The position numbers and the translations under genes are program-made. The notes beneath the pieces are model-generated. The model had not been told where the DNA came from and searched no databases. It worked only from the letters and a program-made list of their open reading frames with translations. Positions 9,326-17,079 of a stretch of DNA of 20,872 nt are shown one piece after another. Source of the DNA: a virus (taxonomy: Duplodnaviria > Heunggongvirae > Uroviricota > Caudoviricetes); IMG/VR virus record IMGVR_UViG_2526164630_000021. One strand, 5' to 3'. Position 1 is the first letter of the stretch. Each line of letters starts with the position of its first letter.

Positions 9326-9654
9326 CAGTTCACCACCTGTTTAAACTCTGCGCTGAACTCAACACGCAACATACTGACCTGCGACGACCATTTTGCGCAG
9401 GTCACCTTTATCTGCCTGTAACCATAAGGCGGCGTCCACAGAAAGGCCTTCCAGCCCCCGTGCTCAGCCAGAAACGACTCCAGCGCCGTGGCCTCCTCAC
9501 GGGAGACAGACAGCGTCACGCTGTACGTTTTCAGGTCAGCGTTCAGCCCGGCAGGCGCACGCTGGGAATAGCCATCACCAAAGCGCACCTTTCTTACAGA
9601 AGGGACCGAAGCCACATCCATACCGGGTTTCACTTTCCAGCGGAAGGTCTTCAT
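9325..9654 (-). CDS. M: Minor tail protein M
   Basis: 109-aa ORF, the same length as lambda gpM, placed between H and L with overlapping stop/start codons. Confidence 0.9.
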   Translation of the reverse strand: MKTFRWKVKPGMDVASVPSVRKVRFGDGYSQRAPAGLNADLKTYSVTLSVSREEATALESFLAEHGGWKAFLWTPPYGYRQIKVTCAKWSSQVSMLRVEFSAEFKQVVN

Positions 9655-12230
9655 CGTCCACCTCCGGAGAACAGGCCACCATCACGCATCTGTGCCTGAA
9701 TTTCATCACGGGCACCCTTGCGGGCCATGTCATACACTGCCTTCATCATCTGTGGACCTGGCAGACCATTCGTACCGTCGTTCTGAATCACCACGTGATT
9801 GTTCTGATTAAAATTAATGCCTTCAGCCCGCCGCATCTGCGCCGGACTTCCGGCACCGCCCACATAACCACCGGTGGCATAGCCGCGCATCAGCCGGTAA
9901 AGATTCCCCACGCCAATCCGGCTGGTTGCCTCCTTCGTGAAGACAAACTCACCACGGTGAACAATCCCCGCTGGCTCATATTTGCCGCCGGTTCCCGTAA
10001 ATCCTCCGGTTGCAAAATGGAATTTCGCCGCAGCGGCCTGAATGGCTGTACCGCCTGACGCGGATGCGCCGCCACCAACAGCCCCGCCAATGGCGCTGCC
10101 GATACTCCCGACAATCCCCACCATTGCCTGCTTAAGCAGAATTTCTGTCATCATGGACAGCACGGAACGGGTGAAGCTGCGCCAGTTCTGCTCACTGCCG
10201 GTCAGCATCGCCGCCATATTCTGTGCAATACCATCAAAGGTCTGCGTGGCTGCACTTTTTACCTGCGACATACTGTCCGTGGCGCTCTCTTCCCACTCAC
10301 TCCAGCCGGACTTCAGGCCTGCCATCCAGCTCCCGCGAAGCTGGTCTTCAGCCGCCCAGGTCTTTTTCTGCTCTGACATGACGTTATTCAGCGCCAGAGG
10401 ATTATCGCCATACTGTTCCTTCAGGCGCTGTTCCGTGGCTTCCCGTTCTGCCTGCCGGTCAGTCAGCCCCCGGTTTTTCGCATCAATGGCGGCCCGTTTT
10501 GCCCGTTGCTGCTGTGCGAATTTATCCGCCTGCTGCGCCAGCGCGTTCAGGCGCTCCTGATACGTAACCTTGTCGCCAAGTGCAGCCAGCTGGCGTTTGT
10601 ACTCCAGCGTCTCATCTTTATGCGCCAGCAGGGATTTCTCCTGTGCAGACAGCTGGCGACGTTGCGCCGCCTCCTCCAGTACCGCGAACTGACTCTCCGC
10701 CCTCCACAAATCCCGGCGCTGCTGGCTGATTTTCTCATTTGCTCCGGCATGCTTCTCCAGCGTCCGGAGTTCAGCCTGAAGCGTCAGCAGGGCAGCATGA
10801 GCACTGTCTTCCTGACGATCGCCCGCAGACACCTTCACGCCGGACTGTTTCGGCTTTTTCAGCGTCGACTCATAATCCTTTTTTGCCGACGCCATCAGCG
10901 TGTTGTAATCCGCCTGCAGGATTTTTCCGTCTTTCAGGGCCTTATTCAGTTCTTCCTGACGGGCGGTATATTTCTCCAGCGGCGACAGCATCCGTTCATA
11001 CGCCTTCTGTGCCTCTTCGGTATATTTCAGCTGTGACGCGTCACGCTCAGCCTTATCCCTTGCCGCCAGTTCACCGGCTTTTTCCATATCCGACTGCAGC
11101 GTTGCCGCCGCCAGCCCCAGACGGGCATTTTCACGGTCATCCCATGCGCCCTGAAGGTTGGCACGGAAAGAGGCGGTCTTTCCCCGGCGCTGGCTCCGGC
11201 TCTGGTACCACTGCCATTTTTTATCCGCCTCATCGAATGCCTTCTGCGCACTGGCGAGCATATCCGCTGAGGATTCCGGACGACCGATATCCAGAATGGC
11301 ATCCCACATCGATTTAAACGCCTTCCCTGTTTTATCCGCCCAGGTCTCCAGCGTCCCCATGTTTTCTTTCAGACGGCGGGTCTGCTCATCAAAGCCTTTC
11401 GTGGCGATATCGTTCGCCGCCTGTAAGGCTCCGGCCTCATCACCGGAACGCTGCAGCTGTGCAACATACGCAATCTGCTCTGCCGTCACGTTACGGAACT
11501 GGCGCGCCATCGCCATCAGTCCCGACGTCGGATCAGTGGTCAGCTTCCCGAAGGCTTCAGCGACTTTATCCACCTCCACACCGGATGCAGACGCAAAACG
11601 CGCAACACTCTGGTTGATCGCATCAAACTGTTCACCACCACGCACACCGGCATTCACCAGGGCTGCCAGTGACTCACTCGCCTGGTTAAACGTCAGCCCT
11701 GCGGCCTGTCCGGCTCTGGAGAGCGTCAACATGCGATCGGCAGTCAGTCCGGACTGATTACCGGAAAGAACCAGGGTTTTATTAAACGCTGAAAGCGTGG
11801 AATCCCCCTGGTACCAGGCGTACGCCAGCGCACCTGTCGCCACCGCCAGCGAGGTGACCCCGACCATCGGCAGGGTGATCGCACCGGCAAGCCCCCTGAG
11901 CATGGGGATCATCCCGCCGAAGGAGTCCTTCACCTGACCGCCCTGTTGCAGCAGGATCAGCCAGGGATTCTGACCACCGGCAAGCTGCGTGGCGATATCC
12001 GTAAACTGTGCGGGCAGGGTGCGCATGGCCGCTTTATACTGTCCGACGGAAATCCCGGCTTTTTGCGCAGCCAGCGCCTGACGGCTCAGGCCCTGTTCAA
12101 CAGCAGTGGCGGTTTTTCTGGCGTCAGTATCCAGTCCTGAAAAATGACGCCTTACCCGGCTCATCTGCTCATCGAAACGGACCGCATCCAGACTCAGGTC
12201 AATAATAAGATCACCAACCGGCTGGGACAT
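9651..12230 (-). CDS. H: Tail tape measure protein H
   Basis: 859-aa ORF (lambda gpH is about 853 aa) with an extended coiled-coil region, a Gly-rich hydrophobic segment and a lambda-like C-terminus ...ARKGARDEIQAQMRDGGLFSGGGR. ATG confirmed at 12228-12230. Confidence 0.9.
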   Translation of the reverse strand: MSQPVGDLIIDLSLDAVRFDEQMSRVRRHFSGLDTDARKTATAVEQGLSRQALAAQKAGISVGQYKAAMRTLPAQFTDIATQLAGGQNPWLILLQQGGQVKDSFGGMIPMLRGLAGAITLPMVGVTSLAVATGALAYAWYQGDSTLSAFNKTLVLSGNQSGLTADRMLTLSRAGQAAGLTFNQASESLAALVNAGVRGGEQFDAINQSVARFASASGVEVDKVAEAFGKLTTDPTSGLMAMARQFRNVTAEQIAYVAQLQRSGDEAGALQAANDIATKGFDEQTRRLKENMGTLETWADKTGKAFKSMWDAILDIGRPESSADMLASAQKAFDEADKKWQWYQSRSQRRGKTASFRANLQGAWDDRENARLGLAAATLQSDMEKAGELAARDKAERDASQLKYTEEAQKAYERMLSPLEKYTARQEELNKALKDGKILQADYNTLMASAKKDYESTLKKPKQSGVKVSAGDRQEDSAHAALLTLQAELRTLEKHAGANEKISQQRRDLWRAESQFAVLEEAAQRRQLSAQEKSLLAHKDETLEYKRQLAALGDKVTYQERLNALAQQADKFAQQQRAKRAAIDAKNRGLTDRQAEREATEQRLKEQYGDNPLALNNVMSEQKKTWAAEDQLRGSWMAGLKSGWSEWEESATDSMSQVKSAATQTFDGIAQNMAAMLTGSEQNWRSFTRSVLSMMTEILLKQAMVGIVGSIGSAIGGAVGGGASASGGTAIQAAAAKFHFATGGFTGTGGKYEPAGIVHRGEFVFTKEATSRIGVGNLYRLMRGYATGGYVGGAGSPAQMRRAEGINFNQNNHVVIQNDGTNGLPGPQMMKAVYDMARKGARDEIQAQMRDGGLFSGGGR

Positions 12231-12675
12231 ATCTCACACCTCCTGGAATCCCCGCTGAAGCCATCATTAATGCGGCATCATCCACCATGACATCCGCCAC
12301 ATCCGCAGACGATAAAATATCGCCCCCTCCGTCCCCACCGAACCGGACGCCTCCGGCAAGTCCTGCCGCTTTCTGCATCAGCATTTTGTCCTCATCCAGC
12401 CTCTCCACCTGCTCTTCCTCATGCCGGGGGACAAGCAGACTGAAATCAGAGGGATGCATATCCGGATCGCAAAAAAACAGGCTGAGTACAGCGTACATCA
12501 GCCCGGAAAAATGCATATCCAGTTGGGTATCCTGAAAATAATGCATGCGGTAAAAATGTCGCCAGTCGGCATATTCGGTGGATGTCATCCCGGCAAGCAT
12601 GGCGCGCCAGTCAGGCCTCCCCATCTCACGCGCCAGTCTGAGGGCAAAATTCAGCTCGCCGTCGAAGACTTTCCC
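12211..12675 (-). CDS. T: Tail assembly chaperone T frame, expressed as a G-T fusion by programmed -1 frameshift
   Basis: ORF in the -1 frame relative to G has no stop from the slippery site: GKVFDGELNFALRLAREMGRPDWRAM... It ends overlapping the H start, as in lambda. Confidence 0.75.
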   Translation of the reverse strand, partial: GKVFDGELNFALRLAREMGRPDWRAMLAGMTSTEYADWRHFYRMHYFQDTQLDMHFSGLMYAVLSLFFCDPDMHPSDFSLLVPRHEEEQVERLDEDKMLMQKAAGLAGGVRFGGDGGGDILSSADVADVMVDDAALMMASAGIPGGVRYVPAGW

Positions 12676-13082
12676 GCAGAAAAATCATCATCAGTCAGCG
12701 CGTTATTTTTCGCCACTTCGGTAATATCCGTATCCACATGAACAGGCCCGCTCATCCCGGACAGACGCAACACCACGTCTTCCGCCCGGGCAATGGCATC
12801 AGCAGGCCAGGTGGTGAGCACCTCCTGTTCGATCTGCATCACAGCCTCATTCATTGATGGTGACTCCGTTTTCTGTGGATGGTTATGCCACAGGGACATC
12901 GCCACCAGAAACGCGCCGGTTCTGACAAGGTCTTCCACGCTCACCTGCAGGTTACCGCTGGCTTCAGCCTGTTCTGCCCGTCGTTTCAGCAGGGCAAGAT
13001 GCTCGATACGCTGCAGCGCAGACAGCTCGGAAAGCGTGACGGACACACCGTTATATTCAAATTGTTCGGTTTTCAGAAACAT
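12651..13082 (-). CDS. G: Tail assembly chaperone G
   Basis: 143-aa ORF directly downstream of V, ending ...DDDFSAGKSSTAS, with the slippery heptamer near its 3' end. Confidence 0.85.
   Translation of the reverse strand: MFLKTEQFEYNGVSVTLSELSALQRIEHLALLKRRAEQAEASGNLQVSVEDLVRTGAFLVAMSLWHNHPQKTESPSMNEAVMQIEQEVLTTWPADAIARAEDVVLRLSGMSGPVHVDTDITEVAKNNALTDDDFSAGKSSTAS
12669..12675 (-). other. Programmed -1 ribosomal frameshift slippery heptamer G GGA AAG (G to G-T)
   Basis: The minus strand reads GCG GGA AAG in the G zero frame, five codons before the G stop. The heptamer is identical to the lambda G/GT frameshift site, and the -1 frame is open from it. Confidence 0.75.
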
Positions 13083-13095
13083 GTATTACCTCCGT

Positions 13096-13848
13096 TTACC
13101 CTGCAGCGCCCGCTTCAGTAACGGTGACTTCAGCTACCGTGGCAAACTGACCATTACCGGAAATCACGGGGATACTCACTTTTCCAGCCTTAACCCCCGT
13201 CACAGTGATCGCCATATCTTTCACAGCAATGGTTCCCGTTGACGGATCGGCGGAAACCGCTCTGAACGTTTTGTCGGTTGCACTTTCCGGCTCAAAAGAA
13301 ACCGTCAGGGTTGTTGTTTTCCCTTTTGCCACCGTACCAGATGTCGGCGTCACCTTAATCGCAGTGACCGGCGTAATTTCGCTGCGTTCTTCCGCCACAG
13401 AAGGTTTACCCACGTTGGTCACTTTCACCGTACGGGTGATCACTTCCTTCGCCGTTACGGCCTTACCGATACTGCTGACCCAGCCACGGAACACATCCAC
13501 CGTGCCGTTCGGGAAACGGATTTTATAGGCCCGCACATCCCCGCTTTCAAACCAGCCTATAAGCCCTTTCTGACCTTCTTCTCCCGGTTTCCAGGCCAGC
13601 GTAAAACTGGTATCTCCTGCAGACTTCTGCCCCTGCCCGGTCGCAGTCCAGTCCGCGTCTTCATCATCCAGGTAGTTATCATCGTAGGGTTCTGCCGTCA
13701 TCTCGCCCGGCGTCAGATCCTTTACCTGTGCCAGTCGCTGCCAGTTATCGTCTGACAACGGGTTTGCATAGGCATCACCCTGACCGTTATAAACCCACAG
13801 GGTGGTACCGGCACCTTTTACCGGTGCCAGAGGATTTGGTGTTGGCAT
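13096..13848 (-). CDS. V: Major tail tube protein V, with C-terminal Ig-like domain
   Basis: 250-aa ORF (lambda gpV is about 246 aa) [22 protein letters not shown]..., with a C-terminal Ig-like segment (...[29 protein letters not shown]...). Confidence 0.9.
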   Translation of the reverse strand: MPTPNPLAPVKGAGTTLWVYNGQGDAYANPLSDDNWQRLAQVKDLTPGEMTAEPYDDNYLDDEDADWTATGQGQKSAGDTSFTLAWKPGEEGQKGLIGWFESGDVRAYKIRFPNGTVDVFRGWVSSIGKAVTAKEVITRTVKVTNVGKPSVAEERSEITPVTAIKVTPTSGTVAKGKTTTLTVSFEPESATDKTFRAVSADPSTGTIAVKDMAITVTGVKAGKVSIPVISGNGQFATVAEVTVTEAGAAG

Positions 13849-13855
13849 ATCGTCC

Positions 13856-14251
13856 TCACATCTCGTATGTAATGGAATAAGTCAAATCAGCAGAACTCCA
13901 TAACGCCATATCGTCATCACGACGATACTCATAGCCCTGCGTAACCATCGTGGTAATCAGGCCTGACAGTGCCGGGATCGCACTCATCGCCGGATAAATC
14001 CGGCTTTCCATCCACGAATCCAGCTCTGAATCCGGCACCTGAGCAGGCAGGAAAACTTCAATATGCAGCTCCGCCTGCCAGGTATCGCTGTCCAGCTCTT
14101 CGCCCGTGTATTCAGCGCCGGTGAGATAAACAGCAATTGCCGGAAAATCCGCCTCATCAAAAACAGCGGGGCGACCATCAAACAGCGTCGCCCCGTGTTC
14201 ATGCTGCTCGAGTGCATCCAGCACTGCAGCACGGATATCAGTATGTTTCAT
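13856..14251 (-). CDS. U: Tail terminator protein U
   Basis: 131-aa ORF, the same length as lambda gpU, between Z and V. ATG at 14249-14251 overlaps the Z stop. Confidence 0.85.
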   Translation of the reverse strand: MKHTDIRAAVLDALEQHEHGATLFDGRPAVFDEADFPAIAVYLTGAEYTGEELDSDTWQAELHIEVFLPAQVPDSELDSWMESRIYPAMSAIPALSGLITTMVTQGYEYRRDDDMALWSSADLTYSITYEM

Positions 14252-14823
14252 CGCTTTATCACAATCCTTAGTTGTTGTTTCAACGCATAGCCCAGTTCTT
14301 TTGGCAGACGTTCTCGCCGGATACGGTTAACGTTCTCATCAAAAGCCTGCTTCAGTGGGGCCGCCATCGGAATTTTAACCACCTGAATGGGAAGACGATT
14401 ACGCTTTTTCCTTCCTTTATCGTCATTGCCCTTCGCATACCGGGCTTCTGGCAAACGTTGCATAACATGCCAGCGCCCATTATTTAATCGCTGGATGAAT
14501 GCCCGCTGATAACGATGCTGACCGGCTTTAAGTATGCTGTTCGGACGATGACCAAGCATCCTGATCCCCAGCTTAATAGCAGGGAGATCACCGCGGTTAA
14601 CGATAATTCTGGCATTCGGATTTCTGACCGTCGCCCGTTTCAGTCTGGACCGTTCCTTTACCAGTTTCCGGCTCACCCTGGTCTCCCGGGCAACCTGTGA
14701 TGAAGACTGATTAATCGCCGTTGTAGCCACGCGGTTAATAGCCATTGCTGAAGCCGACGGAATGGCGTTTTTACGAACCCGGCTCAGATTTTCAATCGCC
14801 TGATCAAGCCCTTTTATCGCCAT
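14248..14823 (-). CDS. Z: Tail completion protein Z
   Basis: 191-aa basic ORF (lambda gpZ is about 192 aa) between FII and U. Confidence 0.8.
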   Translation of the reverse strand: MAIKGLDQAIENLSRVRKNAIPSASAMAINRVATTAINQSSSQVARETRVSRKLVKERSRLKRATVRNPNARIIVNRGDLPAIKLGIRMLGHRPNSILKAGQHRYQRAFIQRLNNGRWHVMQRLPEARYAKGNDDKGRKKRNRLPIQVVKIPMAAPLKQAFDENVNRIRRERLPKELGYALKQQLRIVIKR

Positions 14824-14837
14824 AATTCACCCTGCGT

Positions 14838-15191
14838 TTATCGTCGCCGGTTAACTGCGGGTGGTTGCCCACGGTTCAGCCAGAGATAACAACTGCCCCC
14901 GTCATCCGGAGAAACACGATCCACCCAGAACGTCTCACCATTAATGGTCAACGTGTCACCACGCCGCACGGCACGAACCGTATCCGTCCGCACAAATAAT
15001 GACGGACTGCTTCCTTCAATACGGATCCCACTACTGGCAAAACCCAGCGACTCCGGATCGTCAAAAACCCCCTGAACTTCGCCGCCACGCTGTGCACCGG
15101 AGGTGAACTGCGCACTGATGCCCATCACTTCAACAATCGTACTGTCCACCCCGGCAAGGGCGGCATCAAAGGCATTCTGAAAATCACGCAT
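14838..15191 (-). CDS. FII: Head-tail connector protein FII
   Basis: C-terminus ...GDTLTINGETFWVDRVSPDDGGSCYLWLNRGQPPAVNRRR is lambda FII-like. The ATG at 15191 gives 117 aa (lambda length) and lies 5 nt after the FI stop. The track start at 15227 has no ribosome-binding site. Confidence 0.75.
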   Translation of the reverse strand: MRDFQNAFDAALAGVDSTIVEVMGISAQFTSGAQRGGEVQGVFDDPESLGFASSGIRIEGSSPSLFVRTDTVRAVRRGDTLTINGETFWVDRVSPDDGGSCYLWLNRGQPPAVNRRR

Positions 15192-15558
15192 AAACAGCCA
15201 TTCCACCATCAACGTGTGTTTTTGCATCTGAGGACATAATCAGAATCACCCGACCAACATCCGCAAGCTCAACGGATTCCCCCGTTTCACCATCAACGCC
15301 ACAGAGATGGAGGCAGGTCAGAACTCTGATGCGCGTTAACGCGCCGGATGTTTCCTCACGAACATCATGAGCCGCGTTTTCCCTCTCCCGGATATCCATA
15401 TTCATAACCTGTACATCATCGCCGGATGACTGCATTTCCTCTTCCCATTCTGCCACCCGCTGCGCTATCTCTGCGGCACTCCCGGATATATCCGGCTCAC
15501 GCCCCAGAATCAGGGCCAGTTCATCAAGCCGTTTCAGATTTTGCTCTTTCGTTGCCAT
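15184..15558 (-). CDS. FI: Head assembly / DNA-packaging protein FI
   Basis: Acidic ORF at the lambda FI position between E and FII. The preferred start is the ATG at 15558 (MATKEQNLKRLDEL...), preceded by a GGGGGA ribosome-binding site. The track start at 15606 would overlap the E stop region. Confidence 0.7.
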   Translation of the reverse strand: MATKEQNLKRLDELALILGREPDISGSAAEIAQRVAEWEEEMQSSGDDVQVMNMDIRERENAAHDVREETSGALTRIRVLTCLHLCGVDGETGESVELADVGRVILIMSSDAKTHVDGGMAVYA

Positions 15559-15563
15559 ATCAT

Positions 15564-15600
15564 CCCCCTGTGAAAAAAGACACGGGGGCATTTCGCCCCC
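15564..15600 (-). promoter_or_regulatory. Alternative stem-loops in the E-FI intergenic region (terminator/attenuator-like)
   Basis: Minus strand: GGGGGC-GAAAU-GCCCCC (plus 15584-15600), then GUGUC and UUUUUU. An overlapping alternative pairing (CCCCCGUG with CACAGGGGG, plus about 15564-15588) would include part of the FI ribosome-binding site. Confidence 0.4.
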
Positions 15601-15609
15601 GCTCACGGA

Positions 15610-16638
15610 TTATTTCACCTGTACCACCACAAACTCATCCGGGTCCGGCAACACCATCAGCGGCGCGGACTGCGTCATGGTAAATTCACGGGCGGGATCC
15701 CCTACCGTCAGCCAGTGTTTCGGATAACGGGAAGAGGCCACCACACCTTCGGACAACGCCTGCGCATCCTGAATGGCACCATAGCAACGAATGCCCTCTG
15801 CTGCCGTATTCCCCAGGACCAGCGAGCCCTCAGGCAGATAACGTTTTTCGGTACCGTCCTCTGCCACATAAGACGTTTTTGCCACCACAATGGCCAGATC
15901 GCCGTAATACCCTTTGAAGGACACCACCGCGCCCAGGTCTTTCACCGCTGTTTCGAGTTGCGAATTAGAGCCGCGACGGGTATCCAGTTTTTCGCGGAAC
16001 AATTTAAAGCCATTCAGCAGACGCCAGACAGTACCGTCCATAATGGCAATATTCACAAGACCGCTGGCCTGGTCGCAGTAGAGGTCAAGATCATGTGTAG
16101 GATCGAACGTGTCACGATCCTGTTTTGACCACTCCTTACCACTACCCTGAGTGATGTTATTCTTCGTCGACCTGCCAAAATCGACCTCAATTTTCTCGAA
16201 CTGGTCTCCTTCCATCGTGTATTTGCCATACAGCACGGCATTCACCGCCTGCATTTCTTCCACCTGGACAATGGCGTGCTCTTCCTGTTTGAGGTTATCA
16301 GTGATGATACGCAGACGACGGTAGGCCGGGTCGTTCAGCTGAGCCGGATCTTCACCGGGAAGACGCTCAACCGCCTGCTGGTAATTAAATTCGTGTTTCG
16401 GCTTGACGTAGCCCGGACGTAACACGCGGGTTTCACCACCACGATGACGCAGCACTTTTCCTTCAACAACCGGGGAAACATAGGCCGCCACCGGCGTTTT
16501 TCCGGTAATTTTGTCCAGCATCACCTCTTCGGTATGGAAATTCACCGTACGGCGGAAAAACAGCTCCAGAAACAGCGCACGAAATTTCACTTTTTGTTCG
16601 GTATAACCGAGTAACTGGCGGGTCGTAAACAATCCCAT
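15610..16638 (-). CDS. E: Major capsid protein E
   Basis: 342-aa ORF (lambda gpE is 341 aa) with conserved blocks such as PGYVKPKHE, EEMQAV, EKLDTRRGSNS.LETAVKDLG and TGDPAREFTM.QSAPLM. ATG at 16636-16638. Confidence 0.9.
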   Translation of the reverse strand: MGLFTTRQLLGYTEQKVKFRALFLELFFRRTVNFHTEEVMLDKITGKTPVAAYVSPVVEGKVLRHRGGETRVLRPGYVKPKHEFNYQQAVERLPGEDPAQLNDPAYRRLRIITDNLKQEEHAIVQVEEMQAVNAVLYGKYTMEGDQFEKIEVDFGRSTKNNITQGSGKEWSKQDRDTFDPTHDLDLYCDQASGLVNIAIMDGTVWRLLNGFKLFREKLDTRRGSNSQLETAVKDLGAVVSFKGYYGDLAIVVAKTSYVAEDGTEKRYLPEGSLVLGNTAAEGIRCYGAIQDAQALSEGVVASSRYPKHWLTVGDPAREFTMTQSAPLMVLPDPDEFVVVQVK

Positions 16639-16666
16639 AAATCAGTTCCTTTCATTCAGAAATCAG

Positions 16667-16688
16667 TCAGGCCACCGCGGTGGCCTGA
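16667..16688. repeat. Perfect 22-bp palindrome in the D-E intergenic region
   Basis: TCAGGCCACCGCGGTGGCCTGA is its own reverse complement. It lies between the D stop (16696) and the E start (16638). Confidence 0.7.
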
Positions 16689-16695
16689 TAACGTG

Positions 16696-17043
16696 TTACG
16701 GCAGCGCCGCGTGACTCAGGGCACTGCCGGCAAAGGCGTTGGCCTTTTTGTGTTCATCCACACTGTCAGGCCAGCGGATTGCCTCCGTCGCAAAGGTCCC
16801 CGACTTGTAATACGTCAGTACCGTCTCTGTGCCTTCAAGCGGCAGTACCAGTATGCCAACCGCACTACCGGCTTTCTGTCCGTCCCAGACCACCAGTTTC
16901 CCGGTAGCTTCATCCAGCATCAGGGGCGTCAGTGCCGGTGTTGCCGAGGAAATCCCGCTGCTGCCTGTGGCGGTATGAGCCGGATCATTACCGGCAAAAA
17001 TACGTACTTCCGCACGCTGTTCAGTGATGGTTTTCGTTACCAT
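16696..17043 (-). CDS. D: Head decoration protein D
   Basis: 115-aa ORF (lambda gpD is 110 aa) with the conserved block ...TPLMLD....KLV.WDG...AVGIL...YKSGTF.... Preceded by a CAGGAGG ribosome-binding site. Confidence 0.85.
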   Translation of the reverse strand: MVTKTITEQRAEVRIFAGNDPAHTATGSSGISSATPALTPLMLDEATGKLVVWDGQKAGSAVGILVLPLEGTETVLTYYKSGTFATEAIRWPDSVDEHKKANAFAGSALSHAALP

Positions 17044-17079
17044 ATTGTAAAAACCTCCTGTTGATGGTCAGCACTGACT

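Noticed and set aside
10042..10200. Gly/Ala-rich stretch suggesting a repeat or low-complexity element
   Set aside because: It corresponds to the Gly-rich hydrophobic segment of tape measure protein H (...GSIGSAIGGAVGGGASASGG...), a normal feature of that protein and not an independent repeat element.
9393..11757. Series of plus-strand ORFs of 172-221 aa (9393..10058, 10042..10560, 10506..11036, 10739..11317, 11158..11757)
   Set aside because: All are antisense to the tape measure gene H, whose minus-strand reading is continuous and lambda-like over the same interval. The plus-strand products are low-complexity.
12287..12741. Plus-strand ORFs 12287..12535 and 12421..12741 over the G/T junction
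   Set aside because: Antisense to the T frame and the G 3' end. The frameshift arrangement on the minus strand explains this region fully.
15184..15606. Long N-terminal extensions of FI (start 15606) and FII (start 15227) given in the ORF track
   Set aside because: The extended starts have no ribosome-binding site and would overlap upstream genes or hairpins. Internal ATGs at 15558 and 15191 give lambda-like lengths and proper spacing. Start choice remains uncertain.
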